From positions 510,001 through 542,000 of the forward strand of contig NZ_CP074694.1 in NCBI RefSeq assembly GCF_018398935.1: 32,000 nt of DNA, given 5' to 3'. The DNA comes from Telmatocola sphagniphila. GTDB taxonomy: Bacteria > Planctomycetota > Planctomycetia > Gemmatales > Gemmataceae. A model generated the notes under the pieces. That model saw only the letters and a list, made by a program, of their open reading frames with translations, searched no databases and had not been told where the DNA came from. Of the stretch, positions 6,930 to 15,764 are shown one piece after another (positions within the stretch are counted from its first letter, which is position 1; each line of letters opens with the position of its first letter). The translations under genes and the position numbers were made by a program.

Positions 6930-7856
6930 TTGTGCCACAATATCGTTAACGCTCGGCGAATTTCATTCCTCACAGGCTCGGTAAGGTCGGTAACGGTGAA
7001 CAATTTCGCAACTTGTCCGCTCTGTCAATCGGCTAGTAGAATTGCTTTCCATAAAGAGGGTCATCCGATTCGGGATTGCCTTCGCTGCCAGCATCGTTTC
7101 TGCATCATCTCCTCCTTGCAAGAGCATGTGGAGACGGTTTACGACGATAGCTATTTCCTAGGGGGCGGAGCCGGGTATGCCAATTACCTCAGCGAGGAAA
7201 AGCTACTGACGGAACGGGGAAGTTGGTACGCCGATCTGGTCCGCCGATACACAAAACCGGGCATCATGCTGGATGTCGGGTCGGCAGCGGGTTTTCTGCT
7301 GAAAGGGTTCCATCAAAAGGGCTGGACCGGTAGCGGCCTGGAGCCGAATCCCAAGATGGCTCGCCTGGCTTTTGAGAAGCAGGGTTTAAGCGTTAACGTC
7401 GGCACTTTGGAAGATTTCGCATTCACCGAACAAGTCGATCTGGTTTCCATGATTCAAGTTCTCGGGCATTTCGTCAATCCTCTGAAAGCACTTCACACGG
7501 CCGCGGAAATCACCAAACCGGGAGGGCTTTGGCTGTTCGAAAGCTGGAATCGCGACAGTTTGACCGCGCGGGTTTTTGGTGAGCATTGGCACGAATACAG
7601 TCCTCCCAGCGTCATTCAGTGGTTTAGCCCCCACGAGTTGACCCGTTTGGCCGAGCGGTTTGGTTTCCGTCAGATAGGCCGCGGTCGAACGCTGAAGTGG
7701 ATCAATCTCGGCCATGCCAAATCGCTACTGACTTACAAATTGAAAGATTCGGCCGCAGGACGCCTGGCCGGGAAAGCTTTGGAATTCCTGAACGAAAACT
7801 GGTCGGTTCCCTATCCGTCCGAGGATTTGTTCTGGGCAGTCTACCGTAAGGAATAA
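6930..7856 (+). CDS. Class I SAM-dependent methyltransferase with an N-terminal CxxC...CxxC zinc-ribbon
   Basis: The SAM motif I is MLDVGSAAGFLL; other blocks are DLVSMIQVLGHFVNP and the N-terminal CPLCQS...CLRCQH. The ORF maximum starts at TTG 6930; GTG 6996 (VNNFATCPLCQ) is an equally plausible true start. Confidence 0.75.
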   Translation: MCHNIVNARRISFLTGSVRSVTVNNFATCPLCQSASRIAFHKEGHPIRDCLRCQHRFCIISSLQEHVETVYDDSYFLGGGAGYANYLSEEKLLTERGSWYADLVRRYTKPGIMLDVGSAAGFLLKGFHQKGWTGSGLEPNPKMARLAFEKQGLSVNVGTLEDFAFTEQVDLVSMIQVLGHFVNPLKALHTAAEITKPGGLWLFESWNRDSLTARVFGEHWHEYSPPSVIQWFSPHELTRLAERFGFRQIGRGRTLKWINLGHAKSLLTYKLKDSAAGRLAGKALEFLNENWSVPYPSEDLFWAVYRKE

Positions 7857-7943
7857 TTGAAAATTCGACTCCCGGGCGTGAATCGTATAATGAAAGCCTG
7901 CGCATGATGGAATGTGCCGAATTAATTTCAGATTTCAGCCCAG

Positions 7944-9068
7944 ATGAGAGCCGAGATGGCTTCGAGCCAAACAGATTCCGGAAATCGGGATAGCACCGAG
8001 CGAACCTCTTCGACCGACGATCAACGAATAGGCAACATCATTCCGTTGCCGCCCCCCGAAAACCTTATGCGGTTTTTCCCGATCGCCGGTACGGCGGTGG
8101 AGGCTCTCGTTTGTCAGACTCGAGATTCCATAAGGCGCATACTGCGACAACAATCGGACCGGTTGCTGGTGGTCATCGGTCCCTGTTCCATTCACGATCC
8201 GGCCGCCGCGGTGGAGTATGCTCAACGGTTGAGCCTGCTCCGGAAAAAACTGGCAGCGGATCTCGAAATCGTCATGCGGGTTTACTTTGAGAAGCCGCGG
8301 ACGACGGTGGGCTGGAAGGGGTTGATTAACGATCCCTACATGGATGGCAGTTTCAAGATCAACGAAGGGCTTCGAATTGCTCGAGATCTGTTGATCCGAG
8401 TGAACCAGACCGGGGTTCCGGCTGGCTCCGAATTTCTCGATACGATTTCTCCGCAATATATTGGCGATCTCATCAGCTGGGGCGCGATCGGTGCAAGAAC
8501 CACCGAGTCGCAGGTTCATCGCGAACTGGCCTCGGGATTATCGGCTCCAATTGGCTTCAAAAACGGAACCGACGGCAGCATCAAAATCGCCTCGGACGCT
8601 ATTCTAGCCGCTGGCCAGAAACATCATTTCCTCTCGGTGCACAAGAATGGCCAGGTGGCCATTGTCGAAACGACTGGCAATGACGACTGCCACATTATTT
8701 TACGGGGCGGCAAAACACCCAATTACGATTCAGCGAGCGTACAGGCAGCGGCCGCGGCTCTCAAACAGGTGGGATTGCCAGAAAGATTGATGATCGATTT
8801 TTCCCATGCCAATAGTGGCAAGTCCCATCGCAAGCAGGTCGATGTGGCGGCCGATGTGGCGGGGCAATTGAAAAAAGGCGAGAAACGCATCGTCGGCGTC
8901 ATGGTGGAATCGAATCTCGTCGAAGGCCGGCAAGATTTGAAGCCGGGCGTTCCTTTAGTCTACGGGCAGAGCGTAACCGATGCCTGTCTGGGCTGGGAGG
9001 ATTCCGCAAGCTTACTCGAGACGCTGGCCGAGTCGGTGCGAGCTCGTAGGACCGCCACGAGTACCTGA
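7944..9068 (+). CDS. aroG: 3-deoxy-7-phosphoheptulonate (DAHP) synthase, class I (AroG/F/H type)
   Basis: 374 aa. RLLVVIGPCSIHDP, EIVMRVYFEKPRTTVGWKGLINDP, WGAIGARTTESQVHRELASGLS, GFKNGTDG, CHIILRGG, IDFSHANS and VMVESNLVEG are near-identical to E. coli AroG blocks. The isoenzyme and feedback specificity are unknown. Confidence 0.93.
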   Translation: MRAEMASSQTDSGNRDSTERTSSTDDQRIGNIIPLPPPENLMRFFPIAGTAVEALVCQTRDSIRRILRQQSDRLLVVIGPCSIHDPAAAVEYAQRLSLLRKKLAADLEIVMRVYFEKPRTTVGWKGLINDPYMDGSFKINEGLRIARDLLIRVNQTGVPAGSEFLDTISPQYIGDLISWGAIGARTTESQVHRELASGLSAPIGFKNGTDGSIKIASDAILAAGQKHHFLSVHKNGQVAIVETTGNDDCHIILRGGKTPNYDSASVQAAAAALKQVGLPERLMIDFSHANSGKSHRKQVDVAADVAGQLKKGEKRIVGVMVESNLVEGRQDLKPGVPLVYGQSVTDACLGWEDSASLLETLAESVRARRTATST

Positions 9069-9126
9069 AAATTAGGACATTTGGAATATAGTGGAAGGTT
9101 AAGAACTACCAACGGAGGGGACTTTC

Positions 9127-10668
9127 ATGTTCAGAGTCATCGGTACGTTATTCCTTTGTGCGCTCGGTATTTCCGCTGCTCCCACGGAACCCAGTACGGC
9201 CAAGGATTCCTCCAAAATTCGCCTGGGCATCAATATTTCGAGCATTGCCTACTACACACCCGAAATCGTCTTCAAAGACATCATGAAACAGGGGAGCGGT
9301 TTTCTGAGCCAGAAAAAAGGCAAGGGCTGGGCTCAGGGCGGCGATCTGCCGGTCGATGATAATGGAAATATCAAAAAACTGGAGCCCGAACAATTCGGCG
9401 AAGTGCTGCTCTTCCCGGATATGGAAGGCAAATATCCCGGCGGCGAATATATCTGCAAATACGAGGGGGAGGGCGAAGTCGTTCTGGGAGGATCGGCCAC
9501 GCCGCTTCCCGGAAAAGGGAAGGATATTCGCGTTAAAGTCGATCCCCCTCGCGGTCATATCTCCATCAAAGTGATGCGAACCAATCCCAAGAATCCCGTC
9601 CGAAATATCAAACTCTTTCCCGCCAAATACACCAGCAAGGACTTGCAGGATCCCTTCGATCCCGCCTTCCTCAAACATCTGGACGGCTACAAAGTTCTAC
9701 GCATGATGGATTGGGGCAAAACCAACGATTCCGAAGTCGTGGAGTGGAAGGATCGAGCGAAGATGACCGAATTCCAGGGCACCAACAAAGGGGTTGCTCT
9801 CGAGTATCAAATCCAACTTGCGAATACTCTGAAGGTTGAACCCTGGTTTTGCATACCGCATCTCGCCAGCGACGACTACGTGGCTCAGTTCGCCAAGTTA
9901 GTGAAAGAGAAGTTGAGTCCCGCCTTGAAGTTCCACGTCGAATACAGCAACGAGACCTGGAACGGTCAGTTTGCTCAGGCGAAATATTGCCAGCAGCAGG
10001 GTTTGAAACTCGGCTTGAGTAAGAACGCCTATGAAGCTCAGCTCCGATATTCTTCACAGCGCTCGGTGGAGATTTTCAAAATTATCGAAAAGGAATTCGG
10101 TGGGCACGATCGCTTCGTCCGAATTATTGCGACGCACGCCGCCAACAGCTGGGGAGGAGCGACCACTCTCGATTGGCAGAAAGCTTATACCCAGGCGGAT
10201 GCCGTTGCGATTGCACCTTACTTCGGCAATCGTCTGGGAAGTCCCAAGATGGTCAAGGAGGTCTTGGCCGGTGGTCTCGACAAAGTGTTTGAAGAGCTGA
10301 AGGTCGACCTCGCCGATAACAAAAAGAAGAACGAAGAATACGCTCAAATCGCGAGCAAGCGAAAGCTCGAACTGATGACCTACGAAGGCGGGCAGCACCT
10401 GACGGGAATCGAAGGCCAGCAGGATAACGAGGAGTTGACCAAGTTGTTTATTGCTGCCAACCGCGACCCACGCATGAAGGAACTGTATCTGATCGATCTG
10501 AACAATTGGAAGGAGATTGGCGGCGGAGTTTACTGCATGTTCGCCAGCATGGGCCGCTATACCAAGTGGGGAAGTTGGGGGCTGCTGGAAAACTCGGTGC
10601 AGGATGTGAAAACCGCCCCGAAATATCAGGCGGTTCAAGAGTTTATGAAATCGCTGAAGGGCAATTGA
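9127..10668 (+). CDS. Secreted glycoside-hydrolase-like TIM-barrel protein (clan GH-A-type motifs; family not assigned)
   Basis: 513 aa with a signal peptide (MFRVIGTLFLCALGISAAP). There is a candidate acid/base NE motif in HVEYSNETWNGQF and a candidate nucleophile Glu in LMTYEGGQH about 130 residues later, the spacing typical of (beta/alpha)8 GH-A enzymes. GGAGG lies upstream of the ATG. Confidence 0.5.
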   Translation: MFRVIGTLFLCALGISAAPTEPSTAKDSSKIRLGINISSIAYYTPEIVFKDIMKQGSGFLSQKKGKGWAQGGDLPVDDNGNIKKLEPEQFGEVLLFPDMEGKYPGGEYICKYEGEGEVVLGGSATPLPGKGKDIRVKVDPPRGHISIKVMRTNPKNPVRNIKLFPAKYTSKDLQDPFDPAFLKHLDGYKVLRMMDWGKTNDSEVVEWKDRAKMTEFQGTNKGVALEYQIQLANTLKVEPWFCIPHLASDDYVAQFAKLVKEKLSPALKFHVEYSNETWNGQFAQAKYCQQQGLKLGLSKNAYEAQLRYSSQRSVEIFKIIEKEFGGHDRFVRIIATHAANSWGGATTLDWQKAYTQADAVAIAPYFGNRLGSPKMVKEVLAGGLDKVFEELKVDLADNKKKNEEYAQIASKRKLELMTYEGGQHLTGIEGQQDNEELTKLFIAANRDPRMKELYLIDLNNWKEIGGGVYCMFASMGRYTKWGSWGLLENSVQDVKTAPKYQAVQEFMKSLKGN

Positions 10669-10680
10669 GCCGAGTCTGAA

Positions 10681-12264
10681 TTAATTATTCCAGAACTTCC
10701 AGATTACGCCGATCGCCACGGCGAACAGGAAGATAATAAACGCTACGATCTGCAGCATCCCCGAACCTGGTTTGCTCTCCGGTTGCACGAACGGGTTGGA
10801 TGGAGGATTCTGTGCCGATACGGGCGTTCGCGTCGCAACTCGTGAAGGCTGAGGCGTCTTCTCCGTTGAGTTTGCCATCCGCTTGGTTTCGCCGATGCCG
10901 CGAGGATCGGAGACTGGTGGAGAAATCGTCGAAGGCCCAATTCCCGAAGAAGACGGTTGCGGCGGCGGCTGGAAAAACGGCGGACGAATTGCCGAATTGC
11001 TGGCCGAAAGATTCGGATCGCTGCCACCCGTGCCGGCATGACTGCCGCCCCCCACATTTTGTTTGGGTGGTAAGGTTGCCAATCCGCCGGAACGCTGACT
11101 GGAATCGGCCCGAAGAATCGCAGAATCTTGACGAGCCAGGTTGGTGCTGGAAATCGATGCACTCGAACCCATAGACTCTCGAGCGGCCGGACTGAGTGAG
11201 GGAAGTTCGTCCTCCGGCGGCGCGATGAGCTGCTCGGAAATCCAAGGCAACAAATCTTCGTACACTTCGGCCGGCGTCTGATACCGTTCGTTGATATTCT
11301 TGGCCATCATCTTCGACAGCACCGCCTGAACGCCTTCCGGCACTTCGGGTCGGATACTTCGAATGGGAGTCGGCACCTTCGTCTGATGCGCAATTAGCTT
11401 GTTGGCGATCGTCCCGTCGGGGAACGGGGGATGGCCGGCCAGGAGGAAGTAGAAAGTCGCGCCCATCGAGTAAATGTCGGCCCGAACATCCACATCGTGG
11501 CTGTTCACCGTTTGCTCGGGTGCGACGTAATCCGCTGTCCCCAACACGCTCTTTTCATCGTATTTCAGGGTCAGCATGTCATCTTCGGTGTTATAAAATC
11601 GGGCCAGACCCATATCGAGGATCTTGGACATGCCGAATCGGTCGACCAGAATATTCCCTGGCTTAATATCGCGATGGATAACGCCAACTCGGAAGGCATG
11701 ATCGAGTGCCTGCACCGATTGCCAAGTGTAGTTGATGGCCCGATGAACATCCATCGGCCCCTTCTTTTTCACAATTTCCAGCAGGCTGGAACCGTCGACA
11801 TATTCCATGACCAGAAAGTGCAGATTGCCATCTTGATCGATGTCGTGGGTGCGGACGATATTGGGATGATCCAAAGCGGCTGCCGCCCGAGCTTCACGAT
11901 AAAAACGGCCCAGAGCCGCGGGTTCTTCGGCTTTATTGGGGGGCAGGACTTTGATGGCTACCCGGCGTTTCATGTACAGGTGCTCGCAGAGGAAGACCTG
12001 GCCCATGCCACCGAAACCGATTCTCTCCAAAAGTTTATATTTGCCAATCGTGAATCCACGCCATTTGCCCAGCATGAATTGCTCGGCCTGAAAATAGGTG
12101 ATCAAAGCATCTTTGACCATCGAACCGGCGAGTTTTTTGACATCAGTCGGCATCGTGCCGTTGGTGCGCAGCTTATCAAGATAAGCGTCGAGACGGGGTT
12201 CCTCCACCATACCACTCTTGCGAATTAGCTTAACCAGATCATCCAAAGTGGCTGGAGCAGCCAT
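10681..12264 (-). CDS. Ser/Thr protein kinase, C-terminally tail-anchored
   Basis: 527 aa. Hanks kinase motifs are present: GFGGMGQVF, VAIKVL, HRDIKPGNILV, DMGLAR, GTADYVAPE. A roughly 170-aa Pro/Ser-rich linker follows, then a single C-terminal TM (MLQIVAFIIFLFAVAIGVIW) only 6 residues before the stop. Confidence 0.9.
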   Translation of the reverse strand: MAAPATLDDLVKLIRKSGMVEEPRLDAYLDKLRTNGTMPTDVKKLAGSMVKDALITYFQAEQFMLGKWRGFTIGKYKLLERIGFGGMGQVFLCEHLYMKRRVAIKVLPPNKAEEPAALGRFYREARAAAALDHPNIVRTHDIDQDGNLHFLVMEYVDGSSLLEIVKKKGPMDVHRAINYTWQSVQALDHAFRVGVIHRDIKPGNILVDRFGMSKILDMGLARFYNTEDDMLTLKYDEKSVLGTADYVAPEQTVNSHDVDVRADIYSMGATFYFLLAGHPPFPDGTIANKLIAHQTKVPTPIRSIRPEVPEGVQAVLSKMMAKNINERYQTPAEVYEDLLPWISEQLIAPPEDELPSLSPAARESMGSSASISSTNLARQDSAILRADSSQRSGGLATLPPKQNVGGGSHAGTGGSDPNLSASNSAIRPPFFQPPPQPSSSGIGPSTISPPVSDPRGIGETKRMANSTEKTPQPSRVATRTPVSAQNPPSNPFVQPESKPGSGMLQIVAFIIFLFAVAIGVIWKFWNN

Positions 12265-12498
12265 AAGTTACTTCCCCGAAAGGATTCGAACCACCGCCGA
12301 GCGATTGATTCCGCAAAGCTACGATCTTTTACAAACTTAATATACAGTTTGAAAGATTTATAGAAAAACGAAAATAATAGTCGGAAAGAAGTTTAGCTCG
12401 GCACCCGGCGGAATCAGATTGAGGTATCGCCTGAATTTCGGGTTCTGCGGCTTAATCTGAAAGAAAAGATTTTGCCGTCTACAAGACCCGCCTCTTGA

Positions 12499-13413
12499 TT
12501 GGCTATAACGGTGGGTATGCCGTATATCTGGATGTTGACGGGGAGTTTTGCCTTCGCTCTGATGGCCACTTGTGTGCACCGGGCGGGAGAGTCGTACAGT
12601 TGGCCGATTGTCGCATTCTCGCGAAGCTTTTGCGTAATGATCTTCGCCGGCTTGGCTGTGTGGCTCGGCTCGGCCAAATTTGTCGTCATTGGCCCCCGCA
12701 TGCTCTGGATTCGGAGTCTGGCGGGCTCTGCGAGTCTGGTCTGCACCTTCTTTGCCCTCACTCACATGCAGGTTGCTAACGCTCTGACGCTTACCAATAC
12801 ATTCCCGCTTTGGGTGGCCGTACTGAGCTGGCCGCTGCTTAGAAGATTGCCCCATTGGACGACTTGGGCAGCTCTCCTGCTGGCTGTGCTCGGGGTGCTG
12901 CTCGTTGAAAGGCCTGACGCTCAGGGGTGGTCTATGGCGGCACTGGTCGCCATCCTGGCTTCGTTTGCAACGGCAGTGGCGATGCTGGGGCTGAATCGTC
13001 TGAAAGGAATCGACCCGAAAGCGATAGTCGTGCACTTTGCGGCGGTGTCGTTACCCTTTTGTCTGGCAGCCGGTCTGATTTTCGGAAGCGATCAATGGAA
13101 GTTTGCCACTGATATCAACTCCCTGTTAAGTTTGCTCGGCACGGGAGTGATGGCCACCATCGGCCAATACTTTCTGACACTGGCTTTCGCTAACGGTGAG
13201 GCCAGCAAAGTATCCATCGTAGGACTATCTCAAGTCGTTTTTGCCTTAATTCTCGATGTTTTCTGGTGGAATCATTCGATCGATTTTGTCATGATCCTCG
13301 GGATCTTACTAATTTTGATCCCAACGGGCTGGGTGATGTGGTCTAACCGCCCGCACCGGGAATTGCGTACTGCCAGCTTCGATACTGCAGGTGTAGCTAA
13401 ACAGGAGAAATGA
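12499..13413 (+). CDS. DMT-superfamily (EamA-like) transporter
   Basis: 304 aa and polytopic, with about 10 hydrophobic segments in two halves, as expected for an EamA duplication. The start is ambiguous (TTG 12499 or ATG 12517). The stop TGA (13411-13413) abuts the next gene's ATG. Confidence 0.75.
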   Translation: MAITVGMPYIWMLTGSFAFALMATCVHRAGESYSWPIVAFSRSFCVMIFAGLAVWLGSAKFVVIGPRMLWIRSLAGSASLVCTFFALTHMQVANALTLTNTFPLWVAVLSWPLLRRLPHWTTWAALLLAVLGVLLVERPDAQGWSMAALVAILASFATAVAMLGLNRLKGIDPKAIVVHFAAVSLPFCLAAGLIFGSDQWKFATDINSLLSLLGTGVMATIGQYFLTLAFANGEASKVSIVGLSQVVFALILDVFWWNHSIDFVMILGILLILIPTGWVMWSNRPHRELRTASFDTAGVAKQEK

Positions 13414-14961
13414 ATGCGTTGGATGATTTCGGCTGTGATCCTGACGCTCTCTATTTCGGTCTCCAAATCCGAGGATCCGCTCAAAGAGAGAATTGAGAAA
13501 TTGATCAATTCTCCCGAGTATCAACAGGCCAGTTGGGGGATTTTGGCGGTGGATGCCGTCTCCGGTAAAGAAATCTACAAGTTGAACAGCGAAAAAATGT
13601 TCGCACCGGCCTCCACCACCAAGCTTTTCTCCTGTGCCGCCGCGCTGGTCGAACTCGGCTCTCAGCACACTTTCGAAACCAACGTCTATCAACGCGGCGT
13701 AGCCTTCAGCGGCATACTCGACGGCGATTTAATTTTGGTTGCTTCGGGCGACCCAACCATGGGGGGTCGAAATACCCCTGAAGGCAAAATGGCTTTCAAA
13801 AATAACGATCACACCTACGCAAATGCCGGAACGCTGGCCGGCGAATTGACCGACACCGATCCACTGCTGGGGCTCACCGAATTGGCCAAACAGATTGCGG
13901 CAACCGGCATCAAAGAAGTTGCTGGGGAAATCCTCATCGACGATCGCTTGTTCGATCGCAGTTCTTCCAGCGGTTCCGGACCGAATCAGGTCACGCCGAT
14001 AACGATTAACGACAACCTCGTGGATATCCTGATTGCGCCGGGGGATAAGAAGGGGGACTCCGCCAAATTGACTATGCGACCGCAAACCGATGCGGTTCAG
14101 ATGGACGCTGAGGTAATGACCGGGGATGAAAATCTTCCCCCCGCGCTAACCATCTTTTCGGACGGGCCAAACCGTTTCCGCATCCGGGGTCGGATTCCAG
14201 CCAAAAGTAAACCCAAACTGGTGGTTTATCCGGTCGATGATCCGGTGAATTATGCCCGAACGCTCTTCATCGAATGCCTGCGAAAGCAGGGGGTGAGGGT
14301 TGTCGCAAGCAAATTTGAGGCAAAACGTAACAATCTTCCAGCCAAAGCGGGTTACGATAATTTGCAGAAAGTGGCGACCTTCAAATCGCTCCCTCTTTCG
14401 GAGTTGATCAAGGTCACACTGAAGGTCAGCCATAATCTCTATGCCAGTACGCTCCCTTTACTGCTGGCCGCGAAGAAAAACAAAACCAACTTGACGGCCG
14501 GGCTGCGTGAAGAAGGCAAAATTCTCAGCAAATTGGGCGTAGAGATCTCCAGTATCAGCTTTGCCGGAGGAGCGGGCGGCATGCAGGCGGACCACACGAC
14601 CCCGGCGGCCACAGTGGATCTCCTGAAGGCCATGGCCAAGCATCCCGAATCGACCACTTACTACAACTGCCTCCCTGTCATTGGTGTCGACGGCACTTTG
14701 TACGACGTGCTGAAACCGGATAGCGCCACCAAGGGCAAGGTGCGAGCGAAAACCGGTACTCTGAGCTGGCACGATGTGATGAACGATCGCACACTTCTAG
14801 CGAGTAAAGCCTTGGCGGGCGATCTGGAAACCAAGTCGGGCAAGCGTCTTTTCATCGCTCTGTTCGTGAACAACGTGCCGCTGGATAAGGGAGCCACGCC
14901 GAGTCGGGAGGGGAAGATGCTCGCTAAAATCTGCGAAGCCTTCTATGAACTGGCCCCATGA
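13414..14961 (+). CDS. dacB: D-alanyl-D-alanine carboxypeptidase/endopeptidase (PBP4, peptidase S13)
   Basis: 515 aa with a signal peptide. SxxK is present (PASTTKLF), as are SxN (KVSHNLYA) and KTG (RAKTGTL), in the order and spacing expected for PBP4/DacB. Confidence 0.85.
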   Translation: MRWMISAVILTLSISVSKSEDPLKERIEKLINSPEYQQASWGILAVDAVSGKEIYKLNSEKMFAPASTTKLFSCAAALVELGSQHTFETNVYQRGVAFSGILDGDLILVASGDPTMGGRNTPEGKMAFKNNDHTYANAGTLAGELTDTDPLLGLTELAKQIAATGIKEVAGEILIDDRLFDRSSSSGSGPNQVTPITINDNLVDILIAPGDKKGDSAKLTMRPQTDAVQMDAEVMTGDENLPPALTIFSDGPNRFRIRGRIPAKSKPKLVVYPVDDPVNYARTLFIECLRKQGVRVVASKFEAKRNNLPAKAGYDNLQKVATFKSLPLSELIKVTLKVSHNLYASTLPLLLAAKKNKTNLTAGLREEGKILSKLGVEISSISFAGGAGGMQADHTTPAATVDLLKAMAKHPESTTYYNCLPVIGVDGTLYDVLKPDSATKGKVRAKTGTLSWHDVMNDRTLLASKALAGDLETKSGKRLFIALFVNNVPLDKGATPSREGKMLAKICEAFYELAP

Positions 14962-15101
14962 AGCTTTTGATTGTTTGGGATAATCGCCGTTTCTAATTTG
15001 CGATTTATTCCACTTTGTTGCGAAACCTGCCGGACTATTACTTGTTGGTTCTCCTAAGGAGCTCGCGAATTTCGAGCCCACATAAATCAGAGGAGATACC
15101 T

Positions 15102-15557
15102 ATGCGAAAGTTCGGAGTTGTTGGAACTGTGGCGCTGATTCTGGGAATTTACTCCACCTCGCGAATGCGAGCGGACGAGTTCAAACATCCCCATCCTCAC
15201 ATGCTTCATGCTCTGTATGAACTTCGGGAAGCTCATAAGGAACTGAAGGAATCGAAAATCGACTTTGGCGGACATAAAGAAGACGCCATGCGCGATATTC
15301 ACTCTGCGGCTGAGCAAATCGAAATCGCGCTTAAAGAGGATGGAGGCATTGTCATTCCCAAGGATTTCAGCAAGGGTGTGAACTACAAGAAGTATGCCCA
15401 TCACCCGCACCTTCACGAAGCTCTGCACGAACTGAAGGAAGCTCACAAAGAGCTGAAGGAAGCAAAGCACGACTTCCACGGTCATCGTGAGGAGGCCTTG
15501 AAGGCCGTTCATAAAGCCATGGAACAGGTCGAAATACTCATCAAGGCTTCGAAGTAA
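15102..15557 (+). CDS. Small secreted His-rich protein with an internal duplication (possible metal-binding protein, SmbP-like in flavour)
   Basis: The start is taken at ATG 15102 (AGGAG at 15091-15095), giving 151 aa. A signal peptide (MRKFGVVGTVALILGIYS) is followed by two about 50-aa repeats: HPHPHMLHALYELREAHKELKESKIDFGGHKEDAMRDIHSAAEQIEIAL and HHPHLHEALHELKEAHKELKEAKHDFHGHREEALKAVHKAMEQVEILI. It has its own terminator. Confidence 0.6.
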   Translation: MRKFGVVGTVALILGIYSTSRMRADEFKHPHPHMLHALYELREAHKELKESKIDFGGHKEDAMRDIHSAAEQIEIALKEDGGIVIPKDFSKGVNYKKYAHHPHLHEALHELKEAHKELKEAKHDFHGHREEALKAVHKAMEQVEILIKASK

Positions 15558-15579
15558 CAGTTCCCATTGCAATTCCACG

Positions 15580-15610
15580 GCGTCTCGGAGAGGATTCGGG
15601 ACGCTTTTTT
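15580..15610 (+). terminator. Rho-independent terminator after the His-rich protein gene
   Basis: An 8-bp stem GCGTCTCG (15580-15587) pairs with CGGGACGC (15597-15604), including one G-U pair. The loop is 9 nt, followed by T6 (15605-15610). Confidence 0.7.
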
Positions 15611-15748
15611 CGTTGCATCTGCCTGACTGCCAAACTGACAGCGACTTCCACTCCCTTTCCAAGCCTTGGCAGAGAACCCCAGCCTTTACTCGCGGTCAGT
15701 TGACGTAAAATACCAAATAACAATGGTTTACGACTTGGATTGCTCGGC

Positions 15749-15764
15749 TGGCACGGCAATTGCT
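15749..15764 (+). promoter_or_regulatory. Sigma-54 (RpoN) -24/-12 promoter upstream of groES
   Basis: CTGGCACGGCAATTGCTG has TGGCACG at 15749-15755, N4, and TTGC at 15760-15763. This is an exact match to the YTGGCACG-N4-TTGCW consensus. The predicted TSS is near 15775, leaving a 30-nt leader containing GGAG before the groES ATG (15805). It is the only such match I found on either strand. Confidence 0.6.

Noticed and set aside
12282-12292. GGTTCGAATCC (minus strand), identical to a tRNA T-loop consensus, just upstream of the kinase start; considered as a tRNA gene or an integration-site remnant
   Set aside because: The flanking bases cannot form a T-stem (GGTGG versus CCTTT). No acceptor or anticodon arms can be built. 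The element also abuts the kinase start codon.
15015-15101. N-terminal extensions offered by the ORF track (15015 for the His-rich gene; also 4917 for acpH, 23313 for the 916-aa gene, 4188 for LolA-like 2)
   Set aside because: In each case an internal ATG has a proper Shine-Dalgarno sequence, and it begins a signal peptide, a TM anchor or the conserved family N-terminus. The extensions overlap upstream genes or promoter DNA.
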